This document shows, piece after piece, positions 1 to 7,234 of a stretch of DNA of 32,000 bases. This DNA is from Kineococcus radiotolerans SRS30216 = ATCC BAA-149 (lineage in GTDB: Bacteria; Actinomycetota; Actinomycetes; Actinomycetales; Kineococcaceae). The stretch spans positions 3,900,001 to 3,932,000 of the forward strand of contig NC_009664.2 of assembly GCF_000017305.1 (NCBI RefSeq). Direction: 5' to 3'. The first letter of the stretch is position 1. Each line of letters opens with the position of its first letter. Below the pieces are notes generated by a model. It was not told where the DNA came from. It made no database searches and was given only the letters and a program-made list of their open reading frames with translations. A program made the position numbers and the translations under genes.

Positions 1-1
1 G

Positions 2-499
2 GAGTTCCGGCGGCTGCTGGAGCGGGTGTCGCCGCGCTACGCCGACCTCACGGCCACGGCGGTGGAGCGCACGCTGCGGGTGCTGCGCACCGCGGCCGCG
101 GTGGAGAAGAACATCTCCCGCACCAGCAGCCTCGCGCTGGTGCCCTCCCTGGCCGACGTCCGCGAGCAGTTCACCGGTCTCGTGCACGCGGGGTTCGTCG
201 CCGAGACCGGGGTCGAGCGGCTCCCGGACCTGCTGCGCTACCTGCAGGGGATCGACCGCCGGCTGGCGACGATGCCGGAGAACCCGCAGCGGGACCGGGT
301 GCGGATGGCGGAGTTCGCCCGGGTGCGCGAGGAGCACCGGAAGCGGCTGGCGCGCGCCGGTTCACCGGTCCCCCCGGAGCTGGCGCGGATCCGCTGGACG
401 CTGGAGGAGCTGCGGCTGCAGAAGTTCGCCCCGGGGATCCCCACGGCCCACCCGGTCAGCGACGAGCGCGTGCTCAAGGCGCTGGCGGAATTCCCCTGA
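2..499 (+). CDS. hrpA: ATP-dependent RNA helicase HrpA, C-terminal fragment (5' end outside window)
   Basis: Frame is open from the window edge to TGA 497-499. The tail IRWTLEELRLQKFAPGIPTAHPVSDERVLKAL is typical of the HrpA C-terminal region. GC3 is very high. Confidence 0.8.
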   Translation, partial: EFRRLLERVSPRYADLTATAVERTLRVLRTAAAVEKNISRTSSLALVPSLADVREQFTGLVHAGFVAETGVERLPDLLRYLQGIDRRLATMPENPQRDRVRMAEFARVREEHRKRLARAGSPVPPELARIRWTLEELRLQKFAPGIPTAHPVSDERVLKALAEFP

Positions 500-515
500 G
501 GAGTTCCGCCGAGGT

Positions 516-542
516 CTTGCACTCGACCCGTCGGAGTGCTAG
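516..542 (+). promoter_or_regulatory. CIRCE-like inverted repeat (HrcA operator) upstream of hsp20
   Basis: CTTGCACTC-N9-GAGTGCTAG matches the CIRCE consensus TTAGCACTC-N9-GAGTGCTAA at 15 of 18 positions. The arms are self-complementary at 8 of 9 positions. It lies 78 nt upstream of the hsp20 start. Confidence 0.75.
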
Positions 543-619
543 ATCTGAGGTGTGGCACCGGCCCGGCCGGTGACCCGATCGGCAGCGCATCTCCTTCTCT
601 CGCACTGGAGGTGGTGTAC

Positions 620-1039
620 GTGTTGATGCGCACTGATCCCTTCCGGGAGCTCGACCGGCTCACCCAGCAGGTCCTCGGGACGACAGCCCGGCCCGCGCTC
701 ATGGCGATGGACGCCTGGCGCAGCGGCGAGGAGTTCGTCGTCGAGTTCGACCTCCCGGGGGTCGACCCGTCCAGCATCGAGCTGGACGTCCAACGCAACG
801 TCCTCAGCGTCCGGGCCCAGCGCCCGGTGCACGAGGGCACGGCCGAGATGGTCGCGGCCGAACGTCCGCGCGGGGTGTTCAGCCGCCAGCTGATCCTCGG
901 CGACAACCTGGACACCGAGCGGATCACCGCGAACTACCAGGCGGGTGTCCTCGCGCTGCGGGTCCCGGTGGCGGAGAAGGCCAAGCCGCGACGCATCGCC
1001 GTCGAGACGGCCGAGCAGCCGCAGGCCATCTCCACCTGA
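620..1039 (+). CDS. Hsp20/alpha-crystallin family small heat-shock protein
   Basis: Alpha-crystallin domain ([40 protein letters not shown] ... [18 protein letters not shown]). GTG 620 sits 8 nt after GGAGG (607-611) and gives the usual (M)LMRTDPF N-terminus. The ORF-track start at 536 would overlap the CIRCE element. Confidence 0.9.
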   Translation: MLMRTDPFRELDRLTQQVLGTTARPALMAMDAWRSGEEFVVEFDLPGVDPSSIELDVQRNVLSVRAQRPVHEGTAEMVAAERPRGVFSRQLILGDNLDTERITANYQAGVLALRVPVAEKAKPRRIAVETAEQPQAIST

Positions 1040-1048
1040 GGGGTCCCC

Positions 1049-1288
1049 GTGGGCGTGCTCGTGCAGGAACGACGGCGCCCCGGCGAGGACCGGCCGGCCG
1101 CGGGGCTGGACGGGTGGTCGCAGGACGAGGTCGAGGAGGAGTTCCGCGCCCTGGTGGCGACCCTCCTCGACACCCCGACCGACGTCGTCCGCCCCGGTCC
1201 CCACCCCCCGGTGCCACCGCGCCCGCCGGTGGCGGTGGCCGGGGCCGGGGACCGCAGACCGCCCCGCCGGGAGCGCTCGCCCCCGTGA
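1049..1288 (+). CDS. Small hypothetical protein (79 aa; acidic N-half, proline-rich C-half)
   Basis: GC3 is about 94% in this frame. GTG 1049 lies 5 nt after GAGGGG, which overlaps the hsp20 stop. I recognise no family. Confidence 0.45.
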   Translation: MGVLVQERRRPGEDRPAAGLDGWSQDEVEEEFRALVATLLDTPTDVVRPGPHPPVPPRPPVAVAGAGDRRPPRRERSPP

Positions 1289-1321
1289 CGGGACCCGCGG
1301 GGGCGTGGCGGTGAGCTCCAC

Positions 1322-1357
1322 GGGCCCGGTCGCGCCCACCCGGACGCGACCGGGCCC
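1322..1357 (+). terminator. Perfect 13-bp stem hairpin, likely terminator of the hsp20 unit (no U-tract)
   Basis: GGGCCCGGTCGCG (1322-1334), a 10-nt loop, then CGCGACCGGGCCC (1345-1357). It starts 34 nt after the stop at 1288. Confidence 0.45.
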
Positions 1358-1453
1358 ACCGGGACCCGCCGCCGTCCGCGCCGACGGCCCGGCGGGGGGT
1401 CCCCGTAGGCTGCACGCTCGGGGCACGGGCGGCAGCGGGGACGGGGGACGACG

Positions 1454-2035
1454 GTGGTGGCGAGCGGGCACGTCGTCAGCGACCGCGTGCTCACGATCCC
1501 CAACGGCCTCAGCCTCCTGCGGCTGCTGCTGCTGCCGGTCTTCGCCGTCCTGATCCTGGGCGGCCGCGACGGGTGGGCCCTGCTCGTCCTCGTCGTCAGC
1601 AGCGCCAGCGACTACCTCGACGGCAACCTGGCCCGGCGCTGGAACCAGGTGACCCGCCTGGGGCAGGTGCTGGACCCCTTCGCCGACCGGCTCTACATCC
1701 TCACCACCCTGCTGGGCCTGGCCCACCGCGACCTCGTCCCCTGGTGGCTCGTGGTCGTGCTGCTCGCCCGCGACCTCGTCCTGGTGGCGACGGTGCCCGT
1801 GCTGGCCCGGATGGGTCACACGGTGCTGCCCGTGCACTTCCTGGGCAAGGCCGGCACGTTCTGCCTGCTCGGCGCCTTCCCGCTGCTGCTGCTGGCGGAG
1901 GTGTCGACCACCCTGGCCGGGCCCGCCGGCGCGGTGGGCTGGGCCCTGGCGCTGTGGGGCACCGGGCTGTACTGGTGGGCCGGGGTCCTCTACCTCGTCC
2001 AGCTCGTGCGGCTGCGGCGGAGCGAGCGCCCGTGA
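1454..2035 (+). CDS. pgsA: CDP-alcohol phosphatidyltransferase (PgsA2/cardiolipin synthase-like; Rv1822 position)
   Basis: Signature DG(x2)AR(x8)G(x3)D(x3)D is seen as DYLDGNLARRWNQVTRLGQVLDPFADR. The protein is a multi-TM hydrophobic one, and the synteny fits. Confidence 0.9.
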   Translation: MVASGHVVSDRVLTIPNGLSLLRLLLLPVFAVLILGGRDGWALLVLVVSSASDYLDGNLARRWNQVTRLGQVLDPFADRLYILTTLLGLAHRDLVPWWLVVVLLARDLVLVATVPVLARMGHTVLPVHFLGKAGTFCLLGAFPLLLLAEVSTTLAGPAGAVGWALALWGTGLYWWAGVLYLVQLVRLRRSERP

Positions 2036-2904
2036 CGCGCGGACCCGGCCCCGCCGGGCGCGAACCCGCCGGGCGCGACCCCGCGGCCAGCACGGCGTTG
2101 CTGACCGAGGTCATGACCCGCCCGCTCGACCCCGGGTACGCGGCCGCGGCGCGCCGCCGCGCCGAGAGCGGCGCCCCGCGCTCGCGCGCCGGGCGCGGGG
2201 GGACCTGGCTGGCGCTGCTGGCCATCGGTGCGCTGCTCGCCGTCGCCGGCGCGCGGGCCGCCGCGGCCGAACCGGCCGCCGACCGCGGCCGGCAGGCGCT
2301 GCTGCAGCGCATCGACGACGCCACCACCCGCTCCGACCGCCTCACCGCGCAGGTCGCGCAGGCGCAGGCCGGCAACGCCGAGCTGGCCGCCGCGCTCGGC
2401 GGCGCGCCGGCGGCCTCCGCCGACGCCCGCGCCGAGGGGCTCGCCGTGGCCGCCGCCGCGACCGCCGTCACCGGCCCGGGGCTGCAGGTCGTCCTGGACG
2501 ACGCCCCCGAGGACGGCTCGGCCGGCTCGGACGGGGTCACCACGTCGGGGCGGGTCGTGGACCGCGACGTCCAGATCGTCGTCAACGGCCTGTGGCAGAA
2601 CGGCGCCGAGGCCGTGGCGGTCAACGGGCAGCGGCTGAGCTCGCTGTCCTCGATCCGGGCCGCCGGCGAGGCCGTCCTCGTCGACCACCGCCCCCTGACC
2701 CCGCCGTACACGATCTCCGCGATCGGGGACCCGGCGGCGCTGGAGACCGGTCTGGCCACCTCGGTGGCGGGCCGCTACCTGCAGGTGCTGCGGGACAACT
2801 ACGACATCCCCGCCGAGGTCACCACCCGTTCCGCGCAGGACGCGCTGACCCTGCCCGCCGCGCCCAGGCTCGACCTGAGGCTCGCGCGGGCGGACGCGCA
2901 GTAG
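2032..2904 (+). CDS. DUF881 family membrane protein (Rv1823/YlxW-YlxX-like)
   Basis: Conserved LLTEVMTRPLDPGYAAAARRR motif, one TM helix, a coiled-coil region and a C-terminal PPYTISAIGDP motif. GTG 2032 overlaps the pgsA TGA (GTGA). ATG 2113 would cut into the conserved LLTEVM motif. Confidence 0.85.
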   Translation: MTRGPGPAGREPAGRDPAASTALLTEVMTRPLDPGYAAAARRRAESGAPRSRAGRGGTWLALLAIGALLAVAGARAAAAEPAADRGRQALLQRIDDATTRSDRLTAQVAQAQAGNAELAAALGGAPAASADARAEGLAVAAAATAVTGPGLQVVLDDAPEDGSAGSDGVTTSGRVVDRDVQIVVNGLWQNGAEAVAVNGQRLSSLSSIRAAGEAVLVDHRPLTPPYTISAIGDPAALETGLATSVAGRYLQVLRDNYDIPAEVTTRSAQDALTLPAAPRLDLRLARADAQ

Positions 2905-2915
2905 GGTTCCCCCAC

Positions 2916-3248
2916 GTGATCGCCGCCCTGGGACTCGTCGTCGGGATCGTCGCCGGCGTGCTGCTGCACCCCGAGGTGCCGGTGTTCCTGCAGCCCTACC
3001 TGCCGATCGCCGTCGTCGCCGCCCTCGACGCCGTCTTCGGGGGCCTGCGGGCCGTGCTGGACGGGATCTTCGACGACAAGGTGTTCGTCGTCTCGTTCCT
3101 GTCCAACGCCGTCGTCGCCGCGCTCATCGTCTACCTGGGCGACCAGCTCGGCGTCGGGTCCCAGCTGTCCACCGGCGTCGTCGTGGTGCTGGGGGTGCGG
3201 ATCTTCTCCAACGCCGCGGCCATCCGCCGGCACCTGCTGAACGCGTGA
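2916..3248 (+). CDS. sbp: Small basic protein Sbp (DUF1290; Rv1824-like)
   Basis: QPYLPIAVVAALDAVFGGLRAVLDGIFDDKVFVVSFLSN...DQLGVGSQLSTGVVVVLGVRIFSNAAAIRR is close to my recollection of the Rv1824/Bacillus Sbp family pattern. Start is GTG 2916. Confidence 0.9.
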   Translation: MIAALGLVVGIVAGVLLHPEVPVFLQPYLPIAVVAALDAVFGGLRAVLDGIFDDKVFVVSFLSNAVVAALIVYLGDQLGVGSQLSTGVVVVLGVRIFSNAAAIRRHLLNA

Positions 3249-4021
3249 GCGAGCAGCCGCGCCCCCGCCGTTCGCCGTGGCGGCGGTTGTGGCGGGCCGG
3301 CGCGCCGCGGGCCACCCGCGCGCAGCTGCTGGCCGGGCTCCTCTGCGCCGCCCTCGGCTTCGGGGTCGTCGTGCAGGTCCGCCAGACCGACACCTCCGGC
3401 CTGGACGACCTGCGCGAGGCCGACCTGGTCCGGATCCTGGACGACACCACCGAGCGCGGGGACCGCCTGGAGGAGGAGCTCAGCAGCCTGCAGGCCACCC
3501 GCCGCGAGCTCACCGAGGGTTCCGACTCCGCGCGCGCCGCGGCCGAGGCCGCGCAGCAGCGGGCCCGGGAGTACGGCCTGCTGGCCGGCACCCTGCCCGC
3601 GCACGGGCCGGGCATCGTCGCCACCGTCGGCGACCCCGCCGGCGCCGTCCGCTCCACCCACCTCATCCAGCTCGTGCAGGAGCTGCGCGACGCCGGGGCC
3701 GAGGCCATCCAGGTCGGCGGCACCCGGGTGGTGGCCGGGACGGCCTTCACCGACGCCGCGGGCGGGGTGCTGGTGGACGGGACGACCGAGCGCGCGCCCT
3801 ACGTGGTGAACGTGATCGGGGACCCCGACACGCTGTCCACCGCGCTGGACATCCCCGGCGGCGTCCGCGAGACGCTGCGCTCGGCCGGAGCCGACCTGGA
3901 CGTGCGCACCGCCGGGGGCGACGGGGCGGGGGGCGAGGTGCGGATCAGCGCCTTGCACGCCCTCTCCGCGCCTCAGTACGCTCGCCCGGCGTCACCGGGA
4001 CCCTCCACCGGCAACGGCTGA
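3245..4021 (+). CDS. DUF881 family membrane protein (Rv1825-like)
   Basis: VVQVRQTDTSGLDDLREADLVRILDD, a coiled-coil region, GPGIVATVGDP, LIQLVQELRDAGAEAIQV and APYVVNVIGDP. GTG 3245 overlaps the sbp TGA. Confidence 0.9.
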   Translation: MSEQPRPRRSPWRRLWRAGAPRATRAQLLAGLLCAALGFGVVVQVRQTDTSGLDDLREADLVRILDDTTERGDRLEEELSSLQATRRELTEGSDSARAAAEAAQQRAREYGLLAGTLPAHGPGIVATVGDPAGAVRSTHLIQLVQELRDAGAEAIQVGGTRVVAGTAFTDAAGGVLVDGTTERAPYVVNVIGDPDTLSTALDIPGGVRETLRSAGADLDVRTAGGDGAGGEVRISALHALSAPQYARPASPGPSTGNG

Positions 4022-4065
4022 GACCGGCCCGACCACCCGCCCCGAACCGAGGAGCCACCCCCCGC

Positions 4066-4449
4066 ATGTCCAACGTCCCCGCCGACCTCCGCTACACCAG
4101 CGAGCACGAATGGGTGCGCGTCGAGGCGGACGGCACCGTCCGGGTCGGCATCACCGACCACGCCCAGGACGCCCTCGGGGACGTCGTCTACGTCTCGCTG
4201 CCCGCTGAGGGCGAGACCGTCACCGCCGGCGGCGCGTGCGGCGAGGTGGAGTCCACCAAGAGCGTCAGCGAGATCACCGCGCCGGTCTCCGGCACGGTCT
4301 CCGGGCACAACCCCGGTCTGGAGACGCGTCCGGACCTGGTGAACACCGACCCCTACGGCGAGGGCTGGATGTTCACCATCGCCCCCTCCGACACCGCCGA
4401 GGTCGAGGGCCTGCTCGACGCCGAGGCGTACGCCGCCCACGCCGGCTGA
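4066..4449 (+). CDS. gcvH: Glycine cleavage system protein H
   Basis: YTSEHEWVRV, lipoyl-lysine motif GEVESTKSVSEI, and DPYGEGWMF. ATG 4066 is preceded by GAGGAG (4049-4054). Confidence 0.95.
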   Translation: MSNVPADLRYTSEHEWVRVEADGTVRVGITDHAQDALGDVVYVSLPAEGETVTAGGACGEVESTKSVSEITAPVSGTVSGHNPGLETRPDLVNTDPYGEGWMFTIAPSDTAEVEGLLDAEAYAAHAG

Positions 4450-4466
4450 GCGCCCGTCACCCGCGT

Positions 4467-4498
4467 GTCGACCCGGAGGGCTGCCCCGCCGGGTCGGC
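4467..4498 (+). terminator. Hairpin after gcvH (possible terminator or attenuator)
   Basis: CGACCCGG (4469-4476) pairs with CCGGGTCG (4489-4496) and can extend by a GU and a GC pair, with a 12-nt loop. There is no U-tract. Confidence 0.3.
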
Positions 4499-4601
4499 AC
4501 GGCTAGGGTGATCCTCGAAGTTCCGAGCGTGACCGTCCGCGGGCGGGGGTGAGCCCCGTCGCGGCCGATCACGTGCTCTGCCAGCGTGAGAGGTGGTGTC
4601 G

Positions 4602-5108
4602 ATGTCCGCGTCGGGCACGTCCCCGGACGGAGGGACGACTCCCGAGGGAGCCCCGGAGGAGCGGCCGGTCGACTCGACCATGTCGTTCGCGGGTCTCGTG
4701 GTCCCGGAGGTGCACGAGAGCGCCGAGCGCGGTCTCACCAGCGACGACCGGGAGGCCATCGACGCGCTGCCGGCGGGGTCGGCGCTGCTGGTCGTGCGGC
4801 GGGGCCCCAACGCCGGGTCGCGGTTCCTCCTCGACGCCGAGCGGACCTCCGCCGGCCGTCACCAGACCAGCGACATCTTCCTCGACGACGTCACCGTCTC
4901 GCGGCGGCACGCGGAGTTCCTGCGGGCCCCCGACCCGTCGACCGGCCCGGGGTTCCGGGTGCGCGACGTCGGCAGCCTCAACGGCACCTACGTCAACCGC
5001 GAGCGCATCGACGACGTCGTCCTCGCCGCCGGCGACGAGGTGCAGATCGGCAAGTACCGGATGGACTTCCACCCCAGTCCCCGGGTGCCGCAGCAGGCCG
5101 GGCAGTGA
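4602..5108 (+). CDS. garA: FHA-domain regulator GarA/OdhI (2-oxoglutarate dehydrogenase inhibitor family)
   Basis: FHA core LLVVRRGPNAGSRFLLD...AGRHQTSDIFLDDVTVSRRHAEF...VRDVGSLNGTYVNRERI...GDEVQIGKYRMDF, with an N-terminal phospho-acceptor tail. ATG 4602 is 8 nt after GAGAGG. It occupies the Rv1827 position next to gcvH. Confidence 0.9.
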   Translation: MSASGTSPDGGTTPEGAPEERPVDSTMSFAGLVVPEVHESAERGLTSDDREAIDALPAGSALLVVRRGPNAGSRFLLDAERTSAGRHQTSDIFLDDVTVSRRHAEFLRAPDPSTGPGFRVRDVGSLNGTYVNRERIDDVVLAAGDEVQIGKYRMDFHPSPRVPQQAGQ

Positions 5109-5863
5109 GCCCGGCGGGAGCGCGCTCCCTGGACCCCAGCGCCCCGCGGATGACGATCGGGGAGGTCATGGCGATCCTGTCGCCGGACTTCCCCGAGGTC
5201 AGCGTCTCCAAGATCCGGTTCCTCGAGGAGCAGGGGCTCGTCGAGCCCGGGCGCACGGCCGCGGGGTACCGGAAGTTCTCCTCCGACGACGTCGACCGCC
5301 TGCGCTACGTCCTGGCCGCCCAGCGCGACCACTACCTGCCGCTGAAGGTCATCCGGGAGAACCTGCAGGCCCTGGACCGGGGTCTGGAGCCCTCCGAGCA
5401 GCCCGGCAGCGCGCCGCGGGTGCCCGAGATCGCCCTCGCCCCGCCCGTGGCCGGGGCCGGCCGCTTCGACGGGCACGCGGCCAACCTGCGCCTGACGCGC
5501 ACCGAGCTGCTGCGGGAGTCCGGCGTCGAGGCCGCCCTGCTGGACGCCCTGGAGGGGTACGGCGTCCTCTCCCCGGCCCCGGGGGGCCCCTGGTACGACG
5601 GGGAGGCCCTGGAGGTGCTGCGCGCGGCCGCGGCGCTGGCCGCGCACGGCATCGAGGCCCGGCACCTGCGGATGTTCCGCACCGCCGCCGACCGCGAGGT
5701 CGCCCTGGCCGAGCAGGTCGCCGCGCCGCTGCAGCGGCTGGGGCAGCGCTCCTCGGGCGAGAGCGCCGACCGGGCCGACCAGGTGGCCCGGGAGATCGCC
5801 GCCGCCTGCCTGCGCCTGCACACGGCCCTCGTGGCGGGCGCCCTGGGCCGCTCCGGCCGCTGA
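5105..5863 (+). CDS. ftsR: MerR-family transcriptional regulator (FtsR/Rv1828-like)
   Basis: MTIGEVMAILSPDFPEVSVSKIRFLEEQGLVEPGRTAAGYRKFSSDDVDRLRYVLAAQRDHYLPLKVIRENL closely matches my recollection of the Rv1828 family pattern. GTG 5105 overlaps the garA TGA. ATG 5150 is the alternative start. Confidence 0.85.
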   Translation: MSPAGARSLDPSAPRMTIGEVMAILSPDFPEVSVSKIRFLEEQGLVEPGRTAAGYRKFSSDDVDRLRYVLAAQRDHYLPLKVIRENLQALDRGLEPSEQPGSAPRVPEIALAPPVAGAGRFDGHAANLRLTRTELLRESGVEAALLDALEGYGVLSPAPGGPWYDGEALEVLRAAAALAAHGIEARHLRMFRTAADREVALAEQVAAPLQRLGQRSSGESADRADQVAREIAAACLRLHTALVAGALGRSGR

Positions 5864-5934
5864 CCGCGCCCACCCGGGCCCGGGTCGTCCGGGTCCGGCG
5901 TCGCGCCGCGCCGCGGGCGGGGTACGGTGAACGG

Positions 5935-6414
5935 GTGCGCGCGCTCGATGTCATCGGCGTCCGGGTCGAGATGCCTTCCAACAACCCGATCGTGCTGCTG
6001 CGCGAACGGGACGGCGACCGCTACCTGCCCATCTGGATCGGGGCCCCGGAGGCGAGCGCCATCGCCTTCGCCCAGCAGGGTGTGGTCCCTCCCCGTCCGC
6101 TGACCCACGACCTCCTCAAGGACGTCATCGAGGCCGTCGGCCGACGTCTGGAGGAGGTCCGGATCGTCGCGGTCGAGGACAACGTCTACTTCGCCGAGCT
6201 GGTCCTCGACGGTGGCCTCACGGTCAGCTCGCGGACCTCCGACGCGATCGCCCTCGCCCTGCGCGTGGGCTGCCCCATCGTCAGCGCCGAGCAGGTGCTG
6301 GACTCCGGTGGCGTCCCGGTCCCCGACGAGGACGAGGACGAGGTGGAGAAGTTCCGCGAGTTCCTCGACCACATCTCGCCCGAGGACTTCGAGTCCGGGT
6401 CCGGGGAGCGCTGA
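5935..6414 (+). CDS. Bifunctional nuclease family protein (DUF151; Rv1829-like)
   Basis: VIGVRVEMPSNNPIVLLRERDGDRYLPIWIGAPEASAIA...RPLTHDLL...YFAELVL, with an acidic C-terminal tail. Start is GTG 5935. Confidence 0.85.
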   Translation: MRALDVIGVRVEMPSNNPIVLLRERDGDRYLPIWIGAPEASAIAFAQQGVVPPRPLTHDLLKDVIEAVGRRLEEVRIVAVEDNVYFAELVLDGGLTVSSRTSDAIALALRVGCPIVSAEQVLDSGGVPVPDEDEDEVEKFREFLDHISPEDFESGSGER

Positions 6415-6462
6415 CGCGCGGGTCACGGAAAGGTCACGGTCCGCGCCGCGCCGCGCGTCTCG

Positions 6463-6491
6463 TTGACGCTCCGGGGGTGCTCTTCTACGGT
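6463..6491 (+). promoter_or_regulatory. Putative sigma-A type promoter TTGACG-N17-TACGGT for the downstream MerR gene
   Basis: TTGACG (6463-6468), a 17-nt spacer, then TACGGT (6486-6491, fits TANNNT). It lies about 60 nt upstream of GTG 6551. Confidence 0.35.
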
Positions 6492-6550
6492 CAGTGTGCA
6501 GGATGCTCCCGGTCGAACCTTCGACGGGTGGCGATGACGAGGAGGCCGGC

Positions 6551-7150
6551 GTGAGCAGTGGCGACGCAGTCGCAGGGTCGTCGCACAAGTCGACCCCACC
6601 AGCCCGTTCCCAGGGGCTGCTGTTCTCCGAGGACCTCCCCGACCTCGACGAGGAGGTCGGCTACCGCGGGCAGACCGCGTGCAAGGCCGCCGGCATCACC
6701 TACCGCCAGCTCGACTACTGGGCCCGCACGGGCCTGGTCGAACCCGGTGTCCGCGGGGCCTCCGGGTCCGGGTCCCAGCGCCTCTACGGGTTCCGCGACA
6801 TCCTGGTGCTCAAGGTCGTGAAGCGCCTGCTCGACACCGGGGTCTCGCTGCACCAGATCCGCACCGCGGTGACCCACCTCCGCGAGCGCGGGGTCGACGA
6901 CCTGGCCCAGATCACCCTCATGTCCGACGGCGCCAGCGTCTACGAGTGCACCTCGGCGGACGAGGTCATAGATCTCGTCCAGGGCGGGCAGGGGGTCTTC
7001 GGCATCGCCGTGGGCCGGGTCTGGCGCGAGGTCGAGGGGGAGCTCGCCTCGTTGCCCAGCGAGCGCCCCGCCCCCCGCGACCCCGGTCAGACGGCCATGG
7101 TCCTGGCCGACGAGCTCTCCCGCCGCCGCGCGGCGCGCAAGGCCGTCTGA
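6551..7150 (+). CDS. MerR-family transcriptional regulator (Rv1830-like)
   Basis: GYRGQTACKAAGITYRQLDYWARTGLVEP...SQRLYGFRDILVLKVVKRLLDTGVSLHQIR. GTG 6551 is 5 nt after GAGGAGG (6539-6545). In-frame starts at 6494 and 6503 are possible but lack an SD. Confidence 0.85.
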   Translation: MSSGDAVAGSSHKSTPPARSQGLLFSEDLPDLDEEVGYRGQTACKAAGITYRQLDYWARTGLVEPGVRGASGSGSQRLYGFRDILVLKVVKRLLDTGVSLHQIRTAVTHLRERGVDDLAQITLMSDGASVYECTSADEVIDLVQGGQGVFGIAVGRVWREVEGELASLPSERPAPRDPGQTAMVLADELSRRRAARKAV

Positions 7151-7234
7151 GGAACCCCACCGCCCGGTCCCGGGCGGCCGCGGTGCCCCGCCCACCGGGA
7201 CGGGGTCACCGGCCCGGTGGGGACCCGGTCGCGC

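Noticed and set aside
539-1837. 432-aa minus-strand ORF, and similar long ORFs at 924-1415, 934-1503 and 945-1553, overlapping hsp20 and pgsA
   Set aside because: These are typical stop-codon-poor shadow frames of a genome with about 74% GC. The translations are Arg/Pro/Gly/Ala-rich and low in complexity. They overlap genes that have clear family motifs and correct GC3.
1573-2031. N-terminal extension of the first DUF881 ORF
   Set aside because: It overlaps the pgsA coding frame. GTG 2032 at the pgsA stop preserves the conserved LLTEVM...PLDPGY motif.
5870-5881. 12-bp palindrome CCCGGGCCCGGG after ftsR, as a terminator or operator
   Set aside because: A simple GC palindrome like this is expected by chance at this GC content. 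It has no loop and no flanking context.
4549-5934. Upstream part of the 621-aa ORF (4549-6414), and the 425-aa ORF start at 4586
   Set aside because: These run-through frames overlap garA and ftsR. The real products are the C-terminal segments, starting at GTG 5935 (nuclease) and GTG 5105 (MerR).
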